Of a stretch of 64,000 nt of DNA, positions 39,251 to 50,533 are shown piece after piece. The translations under genes and the position numbers were made by a program. Under the pieces are notes generated by a model, which saw nothing but the letters and a program-made list of their open reading frames with translations, ran no database searches and was not told the DNA's origin. Within the stretch, counting starts at the first letter, position 1, and the number at the start of each line of letters is the position of its first letter. The DNA lies in NCBI GenBank assembly GCA_973895155.1, contig OZ316895.1, forward strand, positions 7,924,184-7,988,183, written 5' to 3'. The stretch comes from Marsupella aquatica (taxonomy: Eukaryota > Plantae > Marchantiophyta).

Positions 39251-40108
39251 GTGTTTAGTTATCAAATCAAAGCAGAGCAACACGAAATTTAAAAAGCTCT
39301 GGACCAACAGGTTTACTCGTGTCTGAGGTGTGTGTCTGAGGTGTGTGTGTCCAGTGAACATGATGGAAACATTTTGACATTCTTAGCTTTTCAAAAATTT
39401 AGCTAATGTCACAAAACAAAACCTATTTTGATAGCACAATGTTGTACAATTTTTGGCAGTCCACCACCCCAGCAAGATAGTAGCTTCTAATGATATTAGC
39501 TTTTATGTAAAAGTAAATTAGAGATTAAATTTCCACGTTAGAAGCCCAAGAGTAGTCTTTTTTGGACAGACTGAAGAAATGGCCCTTCAGTTTACCTTTT
39601 CGCTCACTAGTATCTCTATAATTGTAACTACGTGCCTATAGGGTCACGGCTAGCAGTTTCACTCCGACAATTGGCAGGGTTTCTTGTATCCCCAGTCCTT
39701 TTGGCTGAAAAAATTCATATCTTTGTTCAAAGAAAAAACAAATATACACACAGTCTTTGGATCAACAAGGGGTCCAGGGACTAATTACTTCTAGTAGTCA
39801 ATGAGAAGCTCCCATAACTTTTAATATGGGAGTCCCCACAACTAAGGAGTTATGGACAAGAGTTGTTTTATTGCCAATTATTGAGAACCTAATAATGGTC
39901 TACTAACCCCATGCTTGTGCATTGCATAGAAGATTTATGGGTGAGAAAAAGATTGTCCAGTTGAGAAAAAGACATCTACCTGAGGAAGATGTGAAGGAGA
40001 GAAAAATATATGAAAATGAGAAAACTATGTTGAGGTGAAAAAATGACGTTGAGGAGAGATGATATGTAGAATTTGATGTCCACTGTAGATTTGCTACTCC
40101 TCTCTAAA

Positions 40109-40401
40109 TCTTACTATAAAAGTGCCACCTGAAACTTACACTAAAAAACCTAGATCTAGAGGTTTCAAACCTCTAGAAAGTAACTCACCCACAATAGAGG
40201 CAAAAAATTGATAATGAATTTCAATAAGGTCAAAATTGATAATGAATTTCAATAAAACAAAAGTGACATTAACTCTTAAAAAGACAAAATTGAAATAAGT
40301 ATGGACAAAAAACAAGGATGGGGCCAAGACTAACCAAAATATTATTGTACAAGATTTTTTCTTCATATCTCTATTTACAAGTTGAACGGGTCAGGGGCTA
40401 G
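40109..40401 (+). mobile_element. Probable short non-autonomous Helitron
   Basis: 5' A|TCTTACTATAAAA and 3' ttgaacgggtcagggg-CTAG|T ends, an AT-rich body and no TSD. The 3' hairpin is degenerate. Confidence 0.5.
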
Positions 40402-41089
40402 TGTGTTGTAACGATGATGGCTCCTGCAGTTTACTTGCAGGTCTCTGCTTCATCTTTGCTGCTGATTCGTGCTTGGGAAGAAGTGAAAACAAACGAGTTC
40501 AGCTTTCTTCAACGTAAACAGACACTGAATGACTCGAGATTCGTGGTTTTCAGGCACACAAGCACACAAGCACACAAGCACACAAGTGCAGAGTGTATGC
40601 AGCGGATCGCCTCTTCTCTGAGCAGGTTCGACCAGTGTCGTAAATCCGTCTCGCCCGTTTTTCCCCGAGCAATGCCCATTTGATATATGAAGCAGTGTTA
40701 CGAAAAGGAAGTTTTTCTGACCGGATTGGCCCATTAAGGAAGCTCGTCACGGGACTCGGCACCGATTGTGTTAATGTCGCCGTCGCTCTGCCATTGACGT
40801 TTTCGAGGTCGCGGTGCTGGACGATGAGGAGACGAATTTGACGACAGCGAAACAGATTGCAAGGGTGCCCTGATCTTGGGATTGGCCTGCTCTGCTCTGC
40901 TTCATCTTTTCCACCATAGCTGCTCAATCCCATTTTTAATGTAGGTCGAGCTTGTATTCCTCCATTGCTGCTCTCAAGTTCACAGCTCTCCCGTCCCGCC
41001 CATTGCACTGATACCGGGGGAGGGAGCTCTCTGCATCTGCCTTCCGCTAAACCCTGACCCGACGGAGAAAGGGCTCCGGAAGAGAGGTC

Positions 41090-41713
41090 ATGGAGGACGA
41101 GAAAGAGAGACCTCAGCGGGAGTCGGTGATGCACGCTCTGGAGGACCGATGGCAGAAAACTACGGATCACTTCCATTCGTACCCATATGTATGGGGTTCG
41201 TATATCTTCGTCTTTGGTAAGTCCAACTCCACTTGATGGGTGGAGCTTCGCTTTCATGCGGTATTTCCAGATCTACATTGGGTTCGGATAGCATACAATT
41301 CTGGTCACCAATTTGTGAGTTCTCGTTGCTCCAGGTGTTCCAAGTTTTCTGGACATTTGGCCAGTCGTTACTACCACTCTGAGTCTGGTTTTTCTACTGA
41401 AGCTTCTTTGACATCACATATCTGGCATTGGCATTGCAGTCCCCATGGCTTTTGATAAGAGTATGTTGGATCTAAGTGTAGATTATGCGAATTCTCGGTT
41501 TGCATTGCAGACGCCTTAGTTTATTTTGACGAATTTTAATAAATGGTTGTAATGGATGGATTAGGTAGTCTTGGACTGTACACAGCTTACCGCTGGAGGG
41601 CTTTGCGTAGGGTAGAGGATGAACTTCTGAGATTTCAGGATAGGCTGAAACAAACAATGACTCCGAAGGAAATAGCTGAAGCTATGGAAGAGGCAAAACA
41701 TGGCAGAGGATGA
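41090..41713 (+). CDS. Small conserved plant single-pass membrane protein of unknown function, 91 aa; exons 41090-41216 and 41565-41713
   Basis: MEDEKERPQRESVMHALEDRWQKTTDHFHSYPYVWGSYIFVFG|SLGLYTAYRWRALRRVEDELLRFQDRLKQTMTPKEIAEAMEEAKHGRG*. It has a G|GTAAGT donor and a TTAG acceptor in matching phase. The YPYVWxSY..G..YRWRxLR motif matches a land-plant family from memory. Telo-box-like aaaccct (~41049) and site-II-like ggccca (~40728) motifs lie upstream. Confidence 0.85.
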
Positions 41714-44077
41714 AGTCCTCGGATTCCAGGGACAGACCTGCCAAACACCAACTGTCGAAGAAGCGACCGAAGCTATAAATGAGGTAAAATCTCGGAAGCT
41801 GTGTACTCGTCATGGTTAGACTCACGTTGAGTACAGGTTGCACTCTCGAATGTGTCAGCTTGTGCCTACTGTTTTATGTTCCGACCTGCATTTCCCACAC
41901 TTGGATTTAGTGTGACCAAAAGGTGATGTCAGGAAGCTACTCATAGTGCAGTCTAAAACATCTACGAATCAGGAAAGTTGGCAAACACATGAAATGAACG
42001 TTTTTGCCGTTTTTGCCAACATGAGGATTGCTGCTTGTGGCACTTTCTCCGGTCCACAAGGAGCCCGAGTCACACCACGTTTGACAAAGATGGGATTGAT
42101 TGAAACAGAGTCGGGAAGCTGCATGGGGTTTTGTCCTGAAATAGAGCACTGAACGAACAGTATAGAGTGGATTTTTGCATACAAATCCTACACTTGGAGA
42201 ATAGTTGAAATATGTGTGAAATAAAGTGGGTAGACATCAGCTGAAGGGGGATTCACTCGATGTACCTCGGACGACATTCAAATTCCCATCTCTTATTTAC
42301 TTAAATATGCATGCCCTTTTTATGGCTCGCATTGGGAGGATCCAAATCAAGGCCGTTTGCCTGGTTTCATTACGTGGGTGTCATGGTATTAAAGAGCTTC
42401 CCAGGCACTTGAAAGGTCAGATAATACGGACCTAGAACAAAAGTTCGAGGCAATGTTTTTGTCAGCTGCGTTTCAATTCTCAGCCTTCTGATGTTGGATT
42501 ACAGTAGACAAATGAAACCTCTTCGCTTGTACATACAAAAAACATTCATTATCTAACAATTTGTTTTCCATGAAATGACTTGTTCGGAAGCCACTTTCTG
42601 TCTCAGACGGGCTTCAGCAGCAGCTGCAGGTGCTGTCGAGACATCCGAGTGCTCTGCTGCCAACGAAGTTCCTCCTACCCCCGCAGGTGTATCGGAAGAA
42701 ATTCTGCAGTCACTTCACTTAACGTTAGAGCAATCTTGCTGCATTTCCTGGAATCCGCTGAACTGGGAAATTTTTCTGCAAGCTCTACTTTACTCCTACC
42801 GAGCTAGTAGACACTCTCATCCACAGTATCATTCACCTGTACATTCCCATAAGTACATTCCCGTAAGTACAACTCCCATGATCTTAGGCACTTAGGGATC
42901 AAGGGCCACCCACAATAGACCAATTTCAGATGTTCATCCACTCGTTCGTCTTTACTTCAAGTTCGGGAAGAAAACATGTTACTTTCTCGTCTAGTTTATT
43001 CTTATAAGTCCGTCGTAAGCAAACTCAACTCTCCGCCCCTCTGAAGCTGGTGGATGTCAACTTAAATCGAACAAGCTGGTAGATTCAATTTAAATCTCAA
43101 TCTATACACCTCATTGAGCATAACCGGGCTGTCTTATCGAATTCCTAGAAGTAAGCCATCAAGATTCGTCGATGCCAAAGACCAATCCTGTGTAGATCTC
43201 CCTATCGGAATCGGCATTCGATGGACTTCGGAGGCGCATTCATGTGCGGCATGTTTCCATTTTGTGACAACTTTAGGCTAGCTCACAAGTCGGCATATGG
43301 TACTTCATCTAATATGCACTGCAGTAAAATGTAAAGCATGCAGTAGCATGTAAAGCACATAATCGTGCGAGTAATTTCCAGTTTATATCTATCCACTTCC
43401 TACTGCTGACTTCAGATTTTAGTGAACGAACGAATAAAATTGTGACTGTCCAATCGCAACTATAGCAGCACCGGACCACAAAAGCAGGAAGATTGGCTTT
43501 AGCCATGAATCAAACTAAATCTTAGCGGACAGTCAATGCAAGAGCCTAACCCCACACATGGAAACGTATCTGGATAGAGAACGAGAACTCGACTAGCAAA
43601 ATATGACACATAGGGTGTACGATATTAACTCCATACCATATAAATATAGTTACTTTCTTAAAATCAATGAATGCATACAATATATTCACACAATTTCGGC
43701 AGGGGAACTTGACAGTACACGGAATATTGTACAATTGCACAGACCGGGTTTACGCCGATAATGTTCAGCTACAACTTCATAAGTGGAGAGACTCTACATC
43801 GGGTATATATATAAAGAGTTGAGTTCTCCTTATTTCATTTCTTTAATAAATAATAAAGGAAGTTTTGCACGAAAATCCTGACGTATACTTGTGATCTGTG
43901 AATGATTCCTATAAGGGGACGTGAATGTCCATGGGGTTTGAAATGTCTTCTTACTCATTTCCAGCTGAGGTCCTAGTTATGACGGATGAATGAATGAATG
44001 CAAATCGCTCGGGAGGAAGAGAGCTGATAGTTAGCCATTTTTTCAATGGAATTGATTCTAATGTTGGCTTAAACATG

Positions 44078-45586
44078 TCAAGGAAGAGGATGACTGCAAG
44101 AGCTTGTGACAGGACTCCAAAGTGCAGGCAACAGATATTTGTGGTTATTGATGCCATTGGCGTTGAAGCTTGCTCCCGTGGCGCCGTCCATTTGAAGCTG
44201 ACCTGGGAATCCAGCAAATGCATTTGGCCCAAACACTCCCGCACACGCAGTTGCTGACTCAAAAGGAAGATCTTCGTCTCCCTGGTAGAAGCCGTTGTTG
44301 AATGGATTTGTTGCTGTTCCGGCTAGCATGGATGCAATGTTCATAATCATTCCCTCTGCACCAACATCTCCACTAGGTGATGTGAGGGGATCTGTGTCAT
44401 AGCCATACTCGCCTTTGGCAAATGGCCAGGCACATTTTCCTGCACAAGGTCAAACCAAAATCAGAATCCCGAATTTAATTATTTCTTCTTGCTTTCTGTG
44501 AGGCCAGCAGAACGTTCAACTTCTGGACTTCAATTGATCAAGTTTAGAGCTTTGTTTGCCCGATTAGTGAATGTTGATATGTCAAAGGTGATCGGCGTAC
44601 TTGTATCTGTAAGTAATGAGATAGATATGTGCAGAAATTTTGCAAAGGAATTTAGCAACTTGGGTTATTAGACAGTTCGGAGTTAATAGCTTGTGATTTG
44701 ACCAACAATGATGCAAGATTTTGTGTCTTAAAGCACGTAGACTACAATGAAGAACAGATCAAACGATCGATAAGGCAGGGCAGCCTAATCCAAAACCCTG
44801 CCACAGGAAATGAAGACTTGGGGCAAAAGAGTTGCTTTCCTTATTGAACTTATGTGTTCTAGAGTGGAGAACAAATCTACAAAGATCCTCAGTTCTGCAG
44901 TTACCTGAGCATTGGGATGCAGCATTGCCCACCCACGCAAAAGGTATCTTTTGACCAACGCTGCCCGGTGGCGCGCTGAATAAATTCTCCTTCGTTGTGA
45001 AATGAGAGGCACACCTTTGAGTGCAGAATCCCTCAACATACACATCTTCAGCTGTAAGGACGAGATAAAAGGCAGTCTGCGACACTGGGAAGGTGGATTC
45101 GAGAGATCGCCCGAGCAGACCTTCAATGTGATCTTCTGTGAGGTACCGACCCATGGAATAATCATCGGAGACCTCTTGTTTCAACTCCACAGCTGATGCA
45201 ACCGGTGACCCTTCAGCGTCCTTGTAGTCCGAGGTGAGCGCCCACCAGCTTCTCACGGATGGGCGCAGTTCTTGAGCACCGGGCTGGAAGGAGGCGAAAA
45301 AGTTGACAACATGCGAGCGCACCAACGGAGAGAATCTGCCATACCAAATAATGTACACAGGTACTTCGAGGCCGGAGAAGATCGTGCCACCTCGATACGA
45401 GAGCCAAATTGGTGGAGATTCGACAATCCCCAGAAGCTGTCGGCCCCCTTCTATATCAACCAGGGAGTGTACACCCACATAATTCCGATGTGAGCCTGCA
45501 GCTTGAACAATCTCCAAAGCAATAGCTGCCAACAAAATTATCCGCGCAACCTTTCCGAACAGACAACAAAAAGACGACATCGACAT
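44078..45586 (-). CDS. EXORDIUM/PHI-1-like protein, paralog 4; two exons (45586-44905, 44439-44078)
   Basis: Signal peptide (..RIILLAAIALEIVQA), LSYRGG, VYIIWYG, WVGNAASQCSG|KCAWPFAK..TNPFNNGFYQG..YLLPALWSP..C. A GT..AG phase-1 intron at 44904-44440 joins the two ORF-track fragments. Confidence 0.92.
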
Positions 45587-48500
45587 TCCTTTCTTTTGAC
45601 AGGAGTTAGCCTCTTTAGATCCCGCTTTAGATATGGAATCCAGACAGTCGGATAATCTTCGAGACTTTGCAAAGACCAGAGACAGAGTGGAAGAAAGTAG
45701 GTCGAGTTCGGTCACTTGTACACGGTGGTCATAGAAACTTCCATTTTACGCACAGCCAGGAGGACGGATTGTGACGCCGTTGCATCAACCTGAGGTCACA
45801 TGTGTCGGATGGCCTGTCATTTCAAATGGCAAACGAACATGTTAACGCGTTAGATTGACCTGGTTGCTGTCTCTTTTGCACGATGTACTTCTGTCATCCG
45901 GACGAGAAATACTCCCCGCAATAGCCTCAGTGCTTACAATTGGAATTCCGGAATTGTGGCCAGAATTGTCGCAAATTGTATTCAACATATTAACACATAA
46001 TCGAAAACAATAGTTGCGGAATGCTTAATGCGTAAATGTCTTTTGATCTTCGCGTAAGTGTCTTGTGATAAATATTCATGTTGTTGTCCCATCGTCCATA
46101 TTTACACTAGATACTGTAACTTTGTGTCTTGAGTTACGTGAGCTTAATTCATGCCGCGGAATCATGCCGCCTAAAGTTGGCTGTCATTTACGGGCTTCGA
46201 AAATTCACCATCAAAATTATGAGACTGAAAAATCAACTTAATGAGAAACTCAATGAAAGTTCGATGTGAGATTTCCACTTTCATCCATTAAATGTGCATT
46301 CATGTTCGTCTTGAGCGACGATGTATGCATCGATCGAGCCATCACATCAGGCTCAACACACATATTGATCACGTGAGCGATTTAAACTCTCTTACAACAT
46401 ACGAGGATATTGTAACATGTCGAACTGAGCTCTTCATGGAGAGTGATGTGAGCTTGAACTGACGTGTCTCATTCAATGAACTCGACAAAACTCACTTTGT
46501 CTAAACTTTTGGACCAGGCGAACTAAGATGACAAGTCAAATAGTATCGATCCAATCAAAAGTGGATTGTGACGGTACAACCCACGGCCTAATTGATTGGA
46601 GCATTGTAGCATAATTATGTAGATCGATCATGCCTGATATACTTTTCTAGGTAGGGCTCCACGGTGCGAAATTGATATCTGTAGCAATCAATCACCAGAT
46701 GCCTGCTATGCAATTGCCGCATATGGTGCTGTATAATCGAGTAAGCAGGACGCGATGATCCTGAATTCTGTCACATCCCACTGCGTAGAGGATCATCGCA
46801 AGATTTCCGAGTTACAGTAGCTAGGTGTAAAGTGATGATGTTAATGAATGCTTCAATCATCAGAGCTACCACTCCAAGCGACACGTGAGGCTCCCACCTA
46901 ATGGGTCAGTGGCGTGTTCAGCAAGGACACAGCACAAAGGACACCTACCGACTCAGCAAGCAAGATTTTTTCCGGACTGGACAGCGACTCCTCGAGAACC
47001 ATTGCCGTGATCTAAAGGTTATCCCAATTTTTAAGAGTTTTCACTACCGTCTACAGCTTCTCAAGGTGTATTGAATTGAAGTGGAGTGGATCAATTTTGC
47101 AAGTAGAGTGGATGCATAAAGACTTAACATATGCGAATTTTTCTTTTAGATAAGACCTACTTTAAGTCTAGCTATCTAGAATGCGAGTACTCCAGCCAGT
47201 AGTAGCTCTTCACGCAGAAGGTGTGGGCGACTTTGAGACATTTCATGATGGGACTCTCCTCTAGTAAGGTACGTAAGGAAAATTCAACAAGTCTTTGTTG
47301 TAAGAAAACCGTGCATCTCGTGACAAGGAAAGACTATACTTGTATGTGAGTGGGTATTGAGTAAAAATCTGAAATAATTGATCGAGATCTATTTGGAGAA
47401 ACTATTGCATTCAATGGAACGTTCAGTAGGGAGTCAGTGGTGAAATGTCAGTGTCAATTACCGTTTCAAGAGCAAGTAGCATTCCATTGGTGCACGTCGT
47501 CGTGTCGTTGGGGTGATTGAACTAGTCAAGCGGTAGCGAGCAACAACGTACTACGATGCTTTTTGTGTCGCTCTAAAGTCCATGTGTAAGATAGAATAGA
47601 GGGTGAAAGCAAGTAAGCCGCCCTCTGTGAACTCAATTTGGTGCCACACAACCAGACTGGCAGACACGGTGGCCTCTGTATTTGAGGGGTGGCCCCATCG
47701 CTAAGCATTACACGGCCTGCGTCTGCTCTAATGTCCCCCTGCCAGTAGTCACGCAAACGCAACCATTTTCGCACGGATCTCGAGTCTCAAAAAGCAGGGC
47801 TGGCGCGCTTCACTCTCCATTTCTAGTCCGCAGTCATCAGCCGGGAGGACCTCGTCGTCTCCTGCTTTCCAAGTCCCACTCAGTTGCCACACAATCGTTT
47901 TCCGCTTTCAGAGGGAGGGGATTGGAGTAAGACGGAGGATGCATGCGAAGGAGCTCTGAAGGATTGAGGAAGTGTACGTTTAGGGTTGTGAAGCGTTTGT
48001 TGGTCAACTTAAACTTTCATTTTTTTCCCTTAATATGAGAAAGTGTAGAAGAAGACTGAAGTGACCATCTGTGCGGCAAACGGACGCGTACCTGCATGCA
48101 TGAGAGGAGTCCTGAAGTGTCTCGTCAACATGGAGAAAAGAAAATGAATTTCAGGACATCTTGGTAGGCAGACATACGTACGAAACGAGTTTCCAAGATT
48201 CGAAGATCAGGGTCAGCAACTTCTGCGAATACTGAATGAGATTGCCTAGAACGAAGTTGCTTTATCATGGAAACACTGTCTTCATTAACTAGTAAGTAAC
48301 ATGTTGGAAAGACTCACTCAATTATCTTGATTTCGACCTCTGCTCGTTCAGATATTTGAAATAGAAATATATCTTCATATGATATGTATACAAATTTAGG
48401 GATACTTTTCCAGGTCTCTCACATCCACTCAGAGAATGTTTTCTCGAAATGTTATAGCTGGCTCGCCAATGTACTCATGGACCACTCGAGCTGTGGACAA

Positions 48501-49456
48501 TTAATGAGTTCGTGACAATATATTGGGAATTTCAACAAAAATGGAAGAATCTCGGAACTATGGCTTGGCTTTAGTACCAACTAAGAAGCCATGGACGTGG
48601 TAAGAACCAGCCAGTTCCTTTGAGATCGGTATCGATCCTATAATCTGTACCATGAAGCTCTGAACATAGAGCGGTGCTTTTAACAAAACGGACAATATAT
48701 AATTGCTTTTGAGATATGCCATGTTTTCAAGTAAATTCTGTTAAATCTGACGTTGAATAGTGTGCATTTGGAACGGTTCGTGACAATCCAATGCACATGA
48801 TCTGTAAACAACAGCACTAAGGGTGAAATCGTAACTGATTAAAATCATGCGTTTAAAACTTATTCATTCGTGTGCTTTCTGAGCAAGATTCTTACATCGG
48901 CACTTTTGTAACTAGTTGAAAAGATAGCACAAATGTTTACGACAAAACGCCATCTTGAACTCGGTAAAACACAAGCTGTACAGAGAAGAAGTATAGTGTC
49001 GTCGCCCAATCCTGGGGTTAAGCAGCTGACACTAGACGACGCAAATTATAACAAGTGCAACTTATATATTCAAGGACAACCCATTGGATTGACAATTATA
49101 TTTAAAGAGCGAACCTATCCATTTAATGGCCTGGCCGGATACTAATTCTAGGACGTACCGTCTGGAAGCAAACTTGATTCAATCTCAGATTCGATGTATG
49201 GAAAGTTGTACGCCTGAGCTAGCTAGCTAGAGGTCTAGAGACCAATTTCGATATAATACTCCGTATGGAAAGTCCACATTCTAATAGCTCAACGTGGTCT
49301 TCAATTTGGATCAGTGGAAGTCTGAAGGGATGAAGTCTGTCTGTTAGCGTTGGAAACATTCCGAGGTATGATTGTACGTAATAAATGGAAACTGTTCATT
49401 CTAGTTAATTGCAGGTTTGGAACCTCTCAAAATATCTGCTAATATTGCCAGCGACT

Positions 49457-50533
49457 CTAAGGTGGAGTGCAAGTGAGGGTGTAAGGATTCCAGAGAGCAG
49501 GGACGAGGAATTGTCGGCTCTTAATCCCACGAACATTGAAACTCGCGCCAGTGTCTCTGTCAACTTGGAGCTCTCCTGGATATCCCGGATATGCGTTGGC
49601 TCCATACATTCCCGTACAAGCTGTGGCAGTCTCAAGGGGTGCAGATGCATCGCCCTGGTAGAAGCCGTTGTTGAACGGATTGGTAGCCGATCCTGCCAGC
49701 ATGGCGGCCAAGTTGATGATCATTCCATCGATTCCGACGTCTCCATTTGGTGCTTTCAGAGGCGCGTCAGATGGCCCATAATCAGGAGTGGCAAAAGGCC
49801 ATGCACACTCACCAGGGCATTGAGTGTCGGAGTTACCTACCCACATGTAAGCCAGTTGATGACCCTTCGTCTCTGCTCTGGAGCTGGTCGAGAAATGAGA
49901 TGCACAGGAGCTCATACAAAAGTCATCCACGTAGACATCGTCAGCCGTAAGCACCGCATACATGGCTTCCGAGTTGGCCGGAAATTCACGAAGAGAACAG
50001 ACAACGAGAGCTTCGAGATCATCATTTGTCAACGAGCGCCCTTTCGAATAATTATCGTGGAATTCTCCCTCCACTTTGAGGGTTTCTGCCACAGCTGAGC
50101 CAGTGTAATCCTTAAAGGCCGTGGTCATGTTCCACCAGGTCTTCACTGACGGATTCGCATGCTGTTCGGCACAGAAGCACGCGAAAAAGTCACGAATCGT
50201 GGCCATCTGATGGTCTTGAAAGTGGCCATACCAGATTATGTATACTGGAACATTAGGCTGTGCACTCATCACCGGGCCATTGTGGTAGGTGAGAATCAAC
50301 GGAGGCTCTTCTACCAATGTTGCCAATCTCCGATAATGGTGGTTGGTCTTGCGCCCGTTGAGCATTCCTTGGTGCCTCTTCTTGGAAGTCAATACGGATG
50401 AGATGGGTCGAAGAGGCTCCTTCCCGGCATCGACAAGGCAGCAAAGCATCCCAGACATTAGTAGTATGACGGCTGCAGTTGCTGCGGATCTCCTTCGTAT
50501 TAAAGCTGGCTGGAGCTTGCTAGAGAGGGCCAT
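49457..50533 (-). CDS. EXORDIUM/PHI-1-like protein, paralog 5 (intronless)
   Basis: Signal peptide, LTYHNGPVM, QCPGECAWP, PNGDVGIDG, TNPFNNGFYQG, YPGYPG and FLVPALWNP..C. A TATA-like cctatatatg lies about 125 bp upstream on the minus strand. Confidence 0.96.
   Translation of the reverse strand: MALSSKLQPALIRRRSAATAAVILLMSGMLCCLVDAGKEPLRPISSVLTSKKRHQGMLNGRKTNHHYRRLATLVEEPPLILTYHNGPVMSAQPNVPVYIIWYGHFQDHQMATIRDFFACFCAEQHANPSVKTWWNMTTAFKDYTGSAVAETLKVEGEFHDNYSKGRSLTNDDLEALVVCSLREFPANSEAMYAVLTADDVYVDDFCMSSCASHFSTSSRAETKGHQLAYMWVGNSDTQCPGECAWPFATPDYGPSDAPLKAPNGDVGIDGMIINLAAMLAGSATNPFNNGFYQGDASAPLETATACTGMYGANAYPGYPGELQVDRDTGASFNVRGIKSRQFLVPALWNPYTLTCTPP

Noticed and set aside
39071-39292. Functional nuclear rpoA gene
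   Set aside because: Only about 73 N-terminal codons are present, with no transit peptide and no further rpoA exons seen in the window.
40550-41257. 235-aa minus-strand ORF
   Set aside because: It has no recognisable motif and is antisense to the GC-rich promoter and first exon of the 91-aa gene.
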